A stretch of 64,000 bases of DNA. It comes from Pirellulales bacterium. GTDB taxonomy: Bacteria > Planctomycetota > Planctomycetia > Pirellulales > PNKZ01. Below are positions 51,174 through 63,447 of this stretch, piece by piece; the stretch's first letter is position 1; each line of letters starts with the position of its first letter. The DNA is taken from NCBI GenBank assembly GCA_049840675.1, contig JASGKB010000022.1, forward strand, positions 78,320 to 142,319. Reading direction: 5' to 3'. The notes under the pieces were generated by a model. The model made no database searches. It was not told the origin of the DNA and was given only the letters and a program-made list of their open reading frames with translations. Both the position numbers and the translations under genes were made by a program.

Positions 51174-52100
51174 ATGAAACGCAAGCTCGATCCCGACCGT
51201 AAGATCAAAATCAAAATCGGCGACGAAGGCAAAGTCGAGTTTCGCCTGAAGGAGATTCTCGTCCCGCCGGGCGAAAAGATTTCGCTCAAGAAAGACTACG
51301 ATCCCGACTTCACCGGCGGCTTCAAAGATAAAGACGCCGCGGCGAGTTACGTCGCCGACAACGCCAAACGTCTCGCCGAGTATCAGGACCGGCTCTACGC
51401 GCAAGACACCTATTCGCTCTTGATCATCTTTCAGGCGATGGACGCCGCGGGGAAAGACGGCACCATTCGGCACGTGATGTCGGGCGTCAACCCGCAAGGT
51501 TGCCACGTGACGAGCTTCAAGAGCCCGTCGTCGGAAGAGCTCGACCACGATTATCTCTGGCGGGCCGTCAAAGCGCTGCCGGCCCGCGGGATGATCGGCA
51601 TCTTCAATCGGTCGTACTACGAGGAAACCCTCGTGGTTCGCGTGCACCCGGAGTTTCTGGAGAAGCAGAAGCTGCCGCGCGTCGGCGACGACGTCTGGAA
51701 GCGGCGATTCAAAGAGATCAACAACTTTGAACGCTACCTGACCGACAACGGCACGGTCGTTCTGAAGTTCTTCCTGCACGTTTCCAAGAAGGAACAGAAG
51801 AAGCGATTCCTGTCACGAATCGACGAAGCGGAAAAGAACTGGAAATTTTCGCCGGCCGACTACGCCGAACGGGCTCATTGGGACGAATACCAAGCGGCCT
51901 TCGAAGACATGCTGAACCACACCAGCACGGACGAGGCGCCCTGGTTCGTCATTCCGGCCGACAACAAATGGTTCGCCCGCTTGGCCGTGTCGGAAGCGAT
52001 CTGCGCGATTCTCGACGGGCTCGACCTGGAATATCCCACGGTGAGCAAAGAGCGCAAGGAAGAGCTGCAGAAGATCCGCGGGCAGTTGGAAGCGGAATAG
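51174..52100 (+). CDS. ppk2: polyphosphate kinase 2 family protein
   Basis: LLIIFQAMDAAGKDGTIRHVMSGVNPQG, ELDHDYLWR, IGIFNRSYYE. Confidence 0.9.
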   Translation: MKRKLDPDRKIKIKIGDEGKVEFRLKEILVPPGEKISLKKDYDPDFTGGFKDKDAAASYVADNAKRLAEYQDRLYAQDTYSLLIIFQAMDAAGKDGTIRHVMSGVNPQGCHVTSFKSPSSEELDHDYLWRAVKALPARGMIGIFNRSYYEETLVVRVHPEFLEKQKLPRVGDDVWKRRFKEINNFERYLTDNGTVVLKFFLHVSKKEQKKRFLSRIDEAEKNWKFSPADYAERAHWDEYQAAFEDMLNHTSTDEAPWFVIPADNKWFARLAVSEAICAILDGLDLEYPTVSKERKEELQKIRGQLEAE

Positions 52101-52124
52101 TAGCGACAATTCCAAGAGCTAAGA

Positions 52125-52250
52125 AAGGATCAATGACCAAGCACCAAGGATCAAACAAACTTCAAATACCAAGGACCGAAGCTCTGCCGCTCGGTTCGGT
52201 CATTCGTGCTTGGGATTTGTTTGGAAATTGGTGCTTGGTCATCGGTCCTT
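52125..52250. repeat. ~125-bp imperfect palindrome, AT-rich, between convergent genes
   Basis: Perfect 15-nt arms atgaccaagcaccaa (52133-52147) / ttggtgcttggtcat (52228-52242). Additional pairs: caaacaaa/tttgtttg and aaggaccga/tcggtcctt. Confidence 0.8.
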
Positions 52251-53604
52251 ATTTCCCCAAGCAATACAAAAACTCGCGCCCGCGAATGTAGAGTCTGCCG
52301 TTCGCCGCGGCGGGGCTGGCAAGCGTTTCTTCGTCGAGCTGATTTTCGGCCGCCTTGTTGAATTCCGGTCCGTCGGTCAAGACGGTGCAGAGGCCCGCCT
52401 TGTTGAGGAAGTAAATCTTACCGGCGGCTCCGATCGGCGAGGCTTTGTAATCGCCGGGCATCCGTTCCTTCCAGATTTCGGCGCCCGTCTTGGCGTCGAG
52501 GCATTGGCCGATGCCGTTGTCGGTGATCGTGTAAATCCGGCCGTTCATGACGACCGGCGAGGCGCTGTCGGGCGTCGATTCCTTATGTCGGAAGAGCACC
52601 GCTTCGGCCGCGAGTTCCTTGCCGCCGGCCGACGCATCGGCCAGCCGTACCGAAAGCAGCTCGCCGCGCATCCCGCGCGTCGTGTACACGTGGTCGCCCA
52701 CGACGACCGGGCCGGTGATCGTTCGGCCGCCGACCAAACCGCCGAGGAACCAACGGAGCTTCCCCGTCGCCGGATCGTAAGCGTCCAGCTGGTTGCCTCC
52801 CATGATGATCATCTCCGTCGCGCCGTCGGCCGCTTTGCGAAAGACGGGCGTCGTGTACGAATCGCACTCTTCCGCTTGCGCCACGGTCGTGCGCGGCACG
52901 TACCAGCGTACTTTTCCGGTCGATAATTCGTGCGCCACGACGTAGCTGAGCGCCTTCTTCGACGTTCCGTCGCCGGCTTCCGCGTAGCTCGCCCCTTCGA
53001 GCGAGTCTTGCATGCAGACGTTGATCACGAGGTCGCCCGAAATCACCGGGCTGTTCGCATGCCCCCACCAGATGCTGTACGGTCCGTAGTCGTCTTGCAG
53101 GTTGCGCTTCCAGAGCACCTTGCCGGCGAAATCGAGCGCGGCCAGATCGCCGTTGCCGAAATGCACGACCACGGTCTTGCCGTCGGTCACCGACGACGGG
53201 CTGGCGTTGTTGTGCAGCTTGTGGAACTTTTGTACCGACCGCTTTTCGGCTTCGCGCCGCGTGTCGGCTTGGCCGATCTCCGTCGACCAGACGGTTTTGC
53301 CGTCGGCCGCGTTCAATCGCAGGGCGAGGAGCTTGCCGTCGTCGGTTTGCGACGTGAGAAAGATCGCGTCGTCCCAGACGGCCGGCGTGCTGCAACCCCA
53401 CGAGGGGACCGGCGCTTTCCAAACGACGCCTTTCTCTTCGCTCCACTCCGTCGGCAGGTTCGACTCTTCCGCAATGCCGGTCCCGGCCGGCCCGCGCCAT
53501 TGCGGCCAATTTTCGGCAGTGGCCGATTTAGTGAGGAAGAGAGCAAGGACGACGACAGAGAGCCCGGTGATCCCGGAGAGAAGAAATGAGAGAGGTCTCG
53601 ACAT
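52249..53604 (-). CDS. PQQ-like beta-propeller repeat protein (BamB-like), secreted
   Basis: ATG 53604: MSRPLSFLLSGITGLSVVVLALFL...ENWPQWRGPAGTGIAEE..., followed by repeated propeller blades. Confidence 0.8.
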   Translation of the reverse strand: MSRPLSFLLSGITGLSVVVLALFLTKSATAENWPQWRGPAGTGIAEESNLPTEWSEEKGVVWKAPVPSWGCSTPAVWDDAIFLTSQTDDGKLLALRLNAADGKTVWSTEIGQADTRREAEKRSVQKFHKLHNNASPSSVTDGKTVVVHFGNGDLAALDFAGKVLWKRNLQDDYGPYSIWWGHANSPVISGDLVINVCMQDSLEGASYAEAGDGTSKKALSYVVAHELSTGKVRWYVPRTTVAQAEECDSYTTPVFRKAADGATEMIIMGGNQLDAYDPATGKLRWFLGGLVGGRTITGPVVVGDHVYTTRGMRGELLSVRLADASAGGKELAAEAVLFRHKESTPDSASPVVMNGRIYTITDNGIGQCLDAKTGAEIWKERMPGDYKASPIGAAGKIYFLNKAGLCTVLTDGPEFNKAAENQLDEETLASPAAANGRLYIRGREFLYCLGK

Positions 53605-53734
53605 GATTATTATCTCCGAGATCTCTGCGATCTCTGTTGTAAATTCTTCCGTCTCAAGACTCCGGTCGCTGAGGCCGCCGGCTCGCTGTCCGAGGTTCCC
53701 GGCTCTTCGCTCCGGTCTCCAAGCTCCGATCTCG

Positions 53735-54529
53735 CTACGTCGCCTTATCAATCGGCCACATGATGCCGGCGGAGAAGCCGCCGTCGACGAAGACGATCTG
53801 ACCCGTCATGAAGCTTGACGCTTTCGAGGCCAGGAAAATCGCGGCGCCGTTCATGTCGTCCGGTTGGCCCAAGCGGCGCAGCGGCGTGTTGGCCGTGTTC
53901 CACTCTTGCATCATCGGGTTCGACCAGAGCTTCTTCGACAGGTCGGTGAGGATGTAGCCCGGTGCGATCGCGTTGACGCGGACGCCGTGCGAGCCCCATT
54001 CCATGGCGAGCACGCGCGTCATGTGGCCGACGGCCGCTTTGCTGGCCGCATACGGCAAGACCCAGGGGAGGGGACCGTAGTTGTTGAGCGAGCAGATTTG
54101 AATTTGCGAGCCGCCCTTCTGGGCGACCATCTGCTTCCCCACGGCCTGCGACATAAAGAACGCGCCGCGGAGATTCGTGTCGATGATGAAGTCCCAATCT
54201 TCTTCACTGACATCGGCGGCCGGTTTGCGGCGATTCACGCCGGCGACGTTCACGAGCGTATCGATTCGGCCGTTCTTGGCGACGATGTCGGCGACGCACT
54301 TGTCGATCTGGGCTTTCTGGGCGACGTCGCACCCGAGCCCAAAGCACTTGCCCTTCGACTTGGCGGCAATCTCGCCGGCGGCCGTTTCGGCGACCACCGG
54401 TTCGCGACCGGTGACGACCACGGTCGCTCCTCGCTCGCAAAACCCTTCGGCCAGCGCACGCCCGATGCCGCGCGTACCGCCGGAAACGAGAACGACTTGC
54501 CCCTCGACGCTAAACAACGAATCGGACAT
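53735..54529 (-). CDS. SDR-family oxidoreductase
   Basis: VVLVSGGTRGIGRALA, NVAGV, and YAASKAAVGHMTR (YxxxK). Confidence 0.85.
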   Translation of the reverse strand: MSDSLFSVEGQVVLVSGGTRGIGRALAEGFCERGATVVVTGREPVVAETAAGEIAAKSKGKCFGLGCDVAQKAQIDKCVADIVAKNGRIDTLVNVAGVNRRKPAADVSEEDWDFIIDTNLRGAFFMSQAVGKQMVAQKGGSQIQICSLNNYGPLPWVLPYAASKAAVGHMTRVLAMEWGSHGVRVNAIAPGYILTDLSKKLWSNPMMQEWNTANTPLRRLGQPDDMNGAAIFLASKASSFMTGQIVFVDGGFSAGIMWPIDKAT

Positions 54530-54575
54530 CAGGCACCTACCCCGCGGAGAACGGAATCAACCAAAACCAGATTTT

Positions 54576-54753
54576 ACCACAGAGGCAAAGAGACGCAGAG
54601 AGAAACGAACCACCGATGAACGCGGATCAACACAGATGGGAGAGAAAATGCTCGAACTCATTCATTCTTATCGGCGTGCATCAGTGTTCGTCCGTGGTTT
54701 CATTCCACTCTCTCTTCTTCTCTTCTTCTCTTCTTCTCTGTGCCTCTGAGGTT
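54576..54753. repeat. nested inverted-repeat intergenic element
   Basis: Outer arms accacagaggcaaagagacgcagagagaa (54576-54604) / ttctcttcttctctgtgcctctgaggt (54727-54753). Inner arms gatgaacgcggatcaacacagatg (54615-54638) / catcagtgttcgtccgtggtttcat (54679-54703). Confidence 0.7.
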
Positions 54754-54756
54754 ACC

Positions 54757-56625
<1,869 letters not shown>

Positions 56626-56629
<4 letters not shown>

Positions 56630-56907
56630 TTCGCGCCTCCTTCCCCGACGGCTTTGCGGCAAAGCCAGGCGTAGACCAAGGCCAAGAGCAGCGCCAGGAG
56701 GATGAGCCAGAAGCCGTAGGCCACGGCGATGTTCACCCCGCCGCCGGCTTGCTGTTGCATGACGGTCGGAGCAAACGTCGTCAGCAGCACGTAGCCGAGG
56801 TAGAAAGTCAAGTAGACGACGAACAAATTGCGGCCGAGCCGGGCGTTGCGAGCCGCGGTCGCTTCATCGTGCGGCTCGTCGTGCCCGGCGTGATCGTGGA
56901 GAACCAT
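56626..56907 (-). CDS. DUF485 (YjcH-like) membrane protein
   Basis: 93 aa with 2 TM (LFVVYLTFYLGYVLL, AYGFWLILLALLLALVYAWL). It sits directly upstream of the actP-like gene, as in yjcH-actP pairs. Confidence 0.75.
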
Positions 56908-57167
56908 GGAGGAGTGGGGAGTGCGAAATAGGGAACGGGGAAGAAGCCGGAGTTTCCTGCGATGCGATGCGCGGAAAATGCGAGCACCACAGCGTAAGCG
57001 ACGGCGGGCGACCGCTCAATGATTTGGCGGCCGCGAAGCTTCCAAAGCCGAAAGCTGCTCCGGCGAACGTTTCCCGGTCGTAGACCGGCGGTCGGTGGCG
57101 AAATAAAATCAGCCTCCGGCGCGTCGTTTCGTCCGAATCGAGTATCGGTTTTCGGGGAGTCGCGGCG

Positions 57168-60100
57168 ATGAAAACGTCTTGGCGTACGGCATGGGGTCTC
57201 GCGGCGTTGGTGACGACGGCGATCGTCGGGCCGTCGCTCGGCGGTGGATCATGGCTCGGCTCCGGCTCCGCGGCGGCCGCCGATTTCGGCGTGCAGATCC
57301 GGTTCGGGCTCACCGACGAAAAGTCAACGGCCTGGGACGGCACGATCACGCCGAGCGTCGGACGTGTGACGCATATCGGCGGGTGGCGGTTCGGCAAAGG
57401 TGACGCCGTCGCCGGGACGACCGGCTGGAAGGCGACGACGCGCCCGCTCGCGCAGACCGGTCGCGGCAACAATCAGCAGAAGGCGGCCGCCGCAGCCCGG
57501 CGGCGGCAAAACCAAGCCAAGCAACCGATGGCCGACAACGGCGTCGTCGTCTCGTTCACCGGCGTCGAATACGACACCGTCGTGAAGGTGAGCACCAAGC
57601 AGGGAGACTTCGAGTTCAAGTTCGGCGAGCTGACCTACGGCAACGCCTTCGAACGGCTCGACGGCAAAGTCGAAATCCAGCGCACCGCGGCGGCCGAACC
57701 GGTCGGCAATCTGCCGAGCGACGACGACTACCCGGCGGCCGCGCTCGGCCCTGACGGCACGGTGTACGTCGCGTGGGTGAGCTTTACGCACGGCGATCGG
57801 AGCGCCTACGAGAAGCTGGAAGAGCCCGATGGCGCAGCCCCTTCGTTCGCCAATAGCGGTCGCGGTTGGAAGCAGGTGCCGCAGGATTTTTCGTTCTTGA
57901 AGAATCCGGTCGGCGGCGACCGCGTGTGGCTCCGCATCTCGCGCGACGGCAAGTGGAGCGACCCGATCGCCGTGACTGACGGCGGCGGCGACATCTACAA
58001 GTGCGCGCTCGCCGTCGACGGCCAAGGTCGGGCCGTCGTCGCGTGGTCGCAAAACGGCGAGTTCCCCAAGGCCGACGCCAATTTTGAGATTCAGGCGCGC
58101 ATGGTCGCCGTCGACGGCAGCTCCGGCAAACCGCAACTCGGCGAAACCGTGAACGTCTCCGGCAACGTGGGGAGCGACATCAATCCGGCCGCCGCGACCG
58201 ACGCTCAGGGCCGCGTTTGGCTCGCCTGGCAAGCGGTGCGCGATGGGCGATTTCAGATCGTCGAGCGTCATCAATCGGCCGATGGATCATGGACCGCCGA
58301 GCGAACGGTAAGCGCGCATGCCCGCAACTGCTGGACGCCCGCCGTGGCCGCGGCTCAAGACGGCCGCATAGCGATCGCGTGGGACACGTACGACAAGGGA
58401 GATTACGACATCTTCGTCCGCGAGTATGCGTCTACGGCCGATGCGGCGCCCGTCGGTGAAGCGCTGGCCGCCGCCGATTCGCCCGATTACGAAGCGCGCC
58501 CGGCGATCACCTACGACAAAGCCGGAGCCCTCTGGATTTCGTACGAGCTGGGCGATCCCTCGTGGGGTAAAGATTCGGGGCCTTACGACAACGGCGGCAA
58601 TCCGCTTTACCGCGGTCGGCAGATCGGGCTGATCGTTCGCAAAACAGATCAGTGGCTCGAGCCGACCGAAAGCTTCGTCGGCAAGCTGCCCGGTGCGCAA
58701 GCTCGCAAGCGCGTGAACAATCAGCGCGTCGCCCCGATCGAACCACAAGGGGAAACTCCGCAACAGGCCCGCGAGGCGGAGCTGCGGCGCAACTTGGCGT
58801 ACAACAATCTCGCTCGCATCGGCTGCGGGGCCGACGGGCGCATCTGGCTGCTCTGTCGCTCGCGGCACAACGACTTTCGGTTTCCAATGCTCGGCTCGCT
58901 CTGGTTGACTCATGCCGTGACGTGGGACGGCAAGCGCTGGATCGGCCCGATCTTGCTGCCGAATTCCGACAACCTGATGTACAACGCGGCGGCGCTGGTC
59001 ATGCCGACCGGCGGCGATGCGCTCGTCGTCCATTCGAGCGATCATCGGCAAGACCGTTTCGGCGAACGCGAGCCGAACGACGCGCCGTCGGGCGCGGCCG
59101 ACCCGTACGACAACGACATCTTCCTCACGCGAATCGCTGCGCCGCGCGGGAAGGTGAGCGAGTTTGCTCTGAAGCCGGCCCAGTTTCCGCCGTCGGGCCA
59201 AGGCAAGCTGGCGACGGCCACGGTTTCCGAACGGGCCGACGTCGATCGTTGCCGGGCCCATTCCGTCATGCTCGGCGAGCGCGAAGCTGGTGCATTTGCG
59301 CGGTGAATACCATCGACACACGGAAATCAGCGGCGACGGCGGCAACGACGGACCGCTGGAAGATATGTGGCGCTACGCGCTCGATGTGGCCCAAATGGAT
59401 TGGCTCGGCAACGCCGATCACGACAACGGCGCGGGTCGCGAGTACACGTGGTGGCTCACGCAAAAGACGACCGACGCCTTTCGCATCCCCGGCCGATTCG
59501 AGCCGCCGTTCACTTATGAGCGCAGCGTGCGCTATCCGGAAGGGCATCGCAACGTGATGTTCGCCGAGCGCGGCATTCGCACGCTCCCGCGCTTGCCGAT
59601 CACCGAGCGCGATTACCAAGGTTCGGCCCCCGATACACAGATGCTCTACAAGTATCTGAAGCACTTCGGCGGCGTGTGCGCTTCGCACACCAGCGCGACC
59701 GGCATGGGGACCGACTGGCGCGACAACGACCCGGAGGTGGAACCGATGGTCGAGATTTATCAGGGAGATCGTCAGAATTACGAACGGCCCGGTGCTCCTC
59801 GCTGCCCGACGGCCGACTACTCGATCGGCGGGTGGGAGCCGAAGGGCTTCGTCAATCTGGCGCTGCTCAAAGGCTATCGTCTCGCGTTTCAATGCTCGAG
59901 CGATCATCTCTCGACGCACATCAGCTACGCGCATGTCTACGCGGAAAACAACTCGCGGGCCGCTTTGATCAAAGCCATCAAGGAGCGGCATATCTACGGC
60001 AGCACGGATAACATCGTCGCCGAGTTCCGCTCGCGTGCCGGTGGGCGCGATTACATGCTTGGAGACGAATTCACGACGAATGAACCGCCGAAGTTCGACG

Positions 60101-60333
60101 TGAAGCTCGTCGGCACCGCGCCTTTCGCCAAGGTGACGCTCGTGAAAGACGACGTCGAGATCGCGCTGCCGTGCGACGGGAAGAATGAGGTCGCGCTGAG
60201 TTGGACCGATCCGCAACCTTCGGCCGGCAAGACGAGCTACTACTACGTGCGGGGCGAACAAGCCGACGGTGAACTCGTGTGGGTTTCGCCGATGTGGGTG
60301 AAGTACGAGCCGACGACGACGGGCGGCGAGTAG
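57168..60333 (+). CDS. large secreted hypothetical protein (~1055 aa) with His-rich metal-site-like C-terminal region; frameshifted
   Basis: Signal MKTSWRTAWGLAALVTTAIVG. Repeats of type DGTVYVAWVS / GRAVVAWSQ / GRVWLAWQA / GRIAIAWDT. At ~59274-59284 the reading passes to the frame of ORF 59290..60333 (AKLVHLRGEYHRHTEISGDGGNDG...GNADHDNG...). Confidence 0.5.
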
Positions 60334-60337
60334 GCCG

Positions 60338-61652
60338 ATGAACGACCTGCGGCGATCAGTCGACCGGCGACGGACGGCGCTTGCCTTGCGCCGTTGCGCT
60401 ACGGCGCTTGTGTGGCTCTGGGCCGGTGCGGCGTCGGCCCATAATCCCGACACGAGCTATGCCCGCTTCGAGATCACAAGCGGCGAGTTGACGACGCGGC
60501 TGACGTACGACGTCGTCACGCTCGTGAAAATCGTGCCGACGCTCGACGCCGACGGTGATCACAAGTTGACACCTGCGGAACTTCAAGCGGCGCAACCGGC
60601 GATCGTCGAGTTTCTGCGCAAGCATGTCGTAATGGAGCTCGACGGCCGCCCGAGTGATTTCGGCGCGGCGGAGCCGGTCGGATGGCCGGCCGACGTGGGC
60701 CCGGCGATCGACGAGAAAGACTATCACGCCGCCAAGGCGCTCATTCCGCTGACGTTCCGCAAGCCGCTCGACGCGCCGCGGGAAGATGTGTGGGTGCAGT
60801 TTGAATTCTTCGCCCAACTCGGCATGCGGCATGCGGTGCTCGGCGTCTTCGCCCATGCCGGCAAAGAAGAAGAGGTGATCTTCCGCGAGTTTGAGCCGGA
60901 GTATCTTCTACGATACGGGCTACCGTCGACCGGCGACCGCGCCGACCGTCGTTCCAGCTATTGGAACAACGGCCGCTTCCGCGCCGAGCACGGCCTCGAC
61001 CGAAACGCCCGCCGAACCGCCGAGCAAAGACGCAGTGCCCGGCGAAGCACATCGCGCCGGTCGTCGTTCGGGTTCCGTCTGGGCCAACATGCGGTTGTTT
61101 TTTTGGCTCGGCATCGAGCACATCTTTTTGGGGTTTGACCACATCTTGTTCTTGCTGGCGCTCGTCATCGTCAGTCGCTTCGGCGATTTGGTGAAGATCG
61201 TCACGTCGTTCACCGTGGCGCACACGATCACGCTGATGCTCGCCACGCTGGAAGTGTTGCGGGTCGATCGCGAATGGGTCGAAATTGCCATCGCAGCCAC
61301 GATCGTTTACACGGCCGTCGAGAACTTTTGGATTCGCCCCGGCGATCCGGCCGGCCGACGCCGCTGGATGCTGACGTTCGTCTTCGGCCTGATTCACGGC
61401 TTCGGCTTCGCCGGCGTGCTCGGCGAACTCGGTCTGCCGACCGAAGGTTTGGTGCGTTCGCTCGTGGCGTTCAACGTCGGCGTCGAAGCGGGGCAACTAT
61501 TGATCGTCGCGGCGATCTTTCCGCTGTTCGCCGGCCTGCGGCGGCTGCGCTGCGGCCGCGTCGTGCAATTGACGACCTCGGCGCTTGTCGGCCTCTGCGG
61601 ACTCGGCTGGCTGCTCGACCGCGCGATGGGTTGGGAACTGATGCCGTTTTGA
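60338..61652 (+). CDS. HupE/UreJ-family membrane protein with ~220-aa N-terminal periplasmic extension; frameshifted
   Basis: Signal ...LWAGAASA|HNPD. At ~60895-60905 the reading passes to the frame of ORF 60891..61652, which has FFWLGIEHIFLGFDHILFLLAL, TVAHTITL and GLIHGFGFAG. Confidence 0.7.
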
Positions 61653-61672
61653 ACTAGCGATTTCGGAATTCG

Positions 61673-62356
61673 CTAAGAAGAACCGTCGAAATCCCGACTT
61701 TCAATGCACTGCAAGATTTCATCGACTTGTTGTGCGACTTTGGAAACGGTGAGTTGGTCGATGCAGATTGCCCATCGCGTTTCAAATGCTTGGTTAACGC
61801 AGTACGGCTCCGCGGTCAGAGCTTCAATGCGCTCTGACGGCCAAAGTCGAAACGGTAACGCGCAGGTTCCTTGAACGACGTAGTTGCCGTTGCAATTTTC
61901 GACAAGAAGCTCCGCCGTCTCGGTTCCTGCCAGCCGAGCAACGTTTTGTGGAGAATGACCAAGAGTTAAGAGTGAGTTATAGAATTCCCTTAACTCCAAA
62001 CCAAAAAAACGTTCTTTTACCCTGCAATAGAACGCGTGCGAACTCACTTCGATTTCACCGACGATCAATCCTTCTGGAATTGTGCGAGGCCAAGTGCATT
62101 CGTAGAAATGCAGAGTTACTCTCGTCCCTTGTATGAGTTCCGTAGAGAAGATTGAGATGCGCGTGTCTTGACGAAAAAACATTCGTGTCAGGGCGGATGA
62201 TGCGACGCCCAAGCAGCGATGCCAAATATTTTGCTGGAAGGCCTCAAAAAATGCCGCCTCTATTTTGCCGTTGATCGCACCGAGTGAGCAAGCGAAATCG
62301 GAGCTGATGGTAGCCCCAGATCGCTGTCGGGGCGGCGTGTGACACGACCGGCTCAA
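61673..62356 (-). CDS. hypothetical protein, markedly low GC (start uncertain)
   Basis: Long ORF in an AT-rich stretch with no recognisable motif. The internal ATG giving MFFRQDTRISIFS... is an alternative start. Confidence 0.4.
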   Translation of the reverse strand: MSRSCHTPPRQRSGATISSDFACSLGAINGKIEAAFFEAFQQNIWHRCLGVASSALTRMFFRQDTRISIFSTELIQGTRVTLHFYECTWPRTIPEGLIVGEIEVSSHAFYCRVKERFFGLELREFYNSLLTLGHSPQNVARLAGTETAELLVENCNGNYVVQGTCALPFRLWPSERIEALTAEPYCVNQAFETRWAICIDQLTVSKVAQQVDEILQCIESRDFDGSS

Positions 62357-62380
62357 CCGGGAGCAATACGAGCTCTGCGC

Positions 62381-63394
62381 TCACTCCGCTTCCGATAGCA
62401 ATCGCTCCAGCGCCTTGAGCTTCACTCCCCAAGGAGCGTCGTTGCGTCGCGAAGTTTCTCGCCAGCCGCGCAGCGCGGCGAGTCGCGCCGGCGAAAGTAT
62501 GACGTCGGCCGACTTCAGCGCGCTCGGCAGCCATGCCTCGGCCGCGGTCGCAAGCAAGTGTCCATCCTCGTCGAGCCGCAGCATTTCTAAATCGGCCGCC
62601 GCTTCCAGCACCACGGGGAGCATCGCGCACGCGGCCACCACGCGAGCCGTGCCGGGTGCGAGGAGTTCGCTGAAGTCGGGCAGGTCGAAGTTCAACTGAC
62701 TGACGAGCCAGCCGAGCCGGACGGTTTCCGGCAAGCCGGCGATCGGATCGGCCAGCACCATTTCGAAGACCACGGTGTTGGAAGCTGCCGCGGACCAACC
62801 GCCGCCCCGTGCCAAGCGGCAACACCGCCGCCACGCGCGCCGCTTCGGGTACGAGCCGGCGATCGGTCTGCGCGCCCGACGGCTGCGATCAGGCCCGGCC
62901 CGCGCAGTTTCCCAAAGTTTGCGCAGCGGGCCGTAACGGAGTTCCAGCTCCGAGCGCAAATTCGGAAATGCCGCAAAGTACGCCTGCTCGCAATCGGCCA
63001 GTAACCCGACGAGCGTCTCCACGAGCGGCTCGGCCCGTGCGCGACCGACCGATTTTGTGAGCGCCGTGTGAGCCGCATGCCGCATGCCGACGTCGTCGCA
63101 GCCGGCAGGCGTGAGGTGATCGAAGAACTCCCGCCGCGGGATTTGGCGGTCGTCGAGAAATGCCGCCAGCGCCGCGGCGGGCTCGGCAAACTTTGCGGTC
63201 AGCAGTTCCGCCGTCGTCGCCGCCGCGGGCACGCCGCCCGCAGCCAGCCACTCGGCGGCATGCCGGCATGCGATGGCGGGGCTTGCAATCCAGCTCAGAC
63301 GCGTCGTCACGATTTTTTTCCTTCCGGTCGGTCGCCGGCCGTCGACCGCCGGCGAAAGTTGGATAAGATTGGTGGGATTGTCGATGCTCGGCAT
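62381..63394 (-). CDS. hypothetical protein; central segment possibly out of frame
   Basis: Long ORF with protein-like ends. Residues ...ARAGPDRSRRARRPIAGSYPKRRAWRRCCRLARGG... look like off-frame GC-rich translation, while the alternative frames read GPGLIAAVGR / DRRLVPEAARVAAVLPL. Confidence 0.4.
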   Translation of the reverse strand: MPSIDNPTNLIQLSPAVDGRRPTGRKKIVTTRLSWIASPAIACRHAAEWLAAGGVPAAATTAELLTAKFAEPAAALAAFLDDRQIPRREFFDHLTPAGCDDVGMRHAAHTALTKSVGRARAEPLVETLVGLLADCEQAYFAAFPNLRSELELRYGPLRKLWETARAGPDRSRRARRPIAGSYPKRRAWRRCCRLARGGGWSAAASNTVVFEMVLADPIAGLPETVRLGWLVSQLNFDLPDFSELLAPGTARVVAACAMLPVVLEAAADLEMLRLDEDGHLLATAAEAWLPSALKSADVILSPARLAALRGWRETSRRNDAPWGVKLKALERLLSEAE

Positions 63395-63447
63395 CGACGT
63401 CTTAGACGTTACGTTCTTAGCCGCCGCGGTCGGAGAATCGTCCTTCC

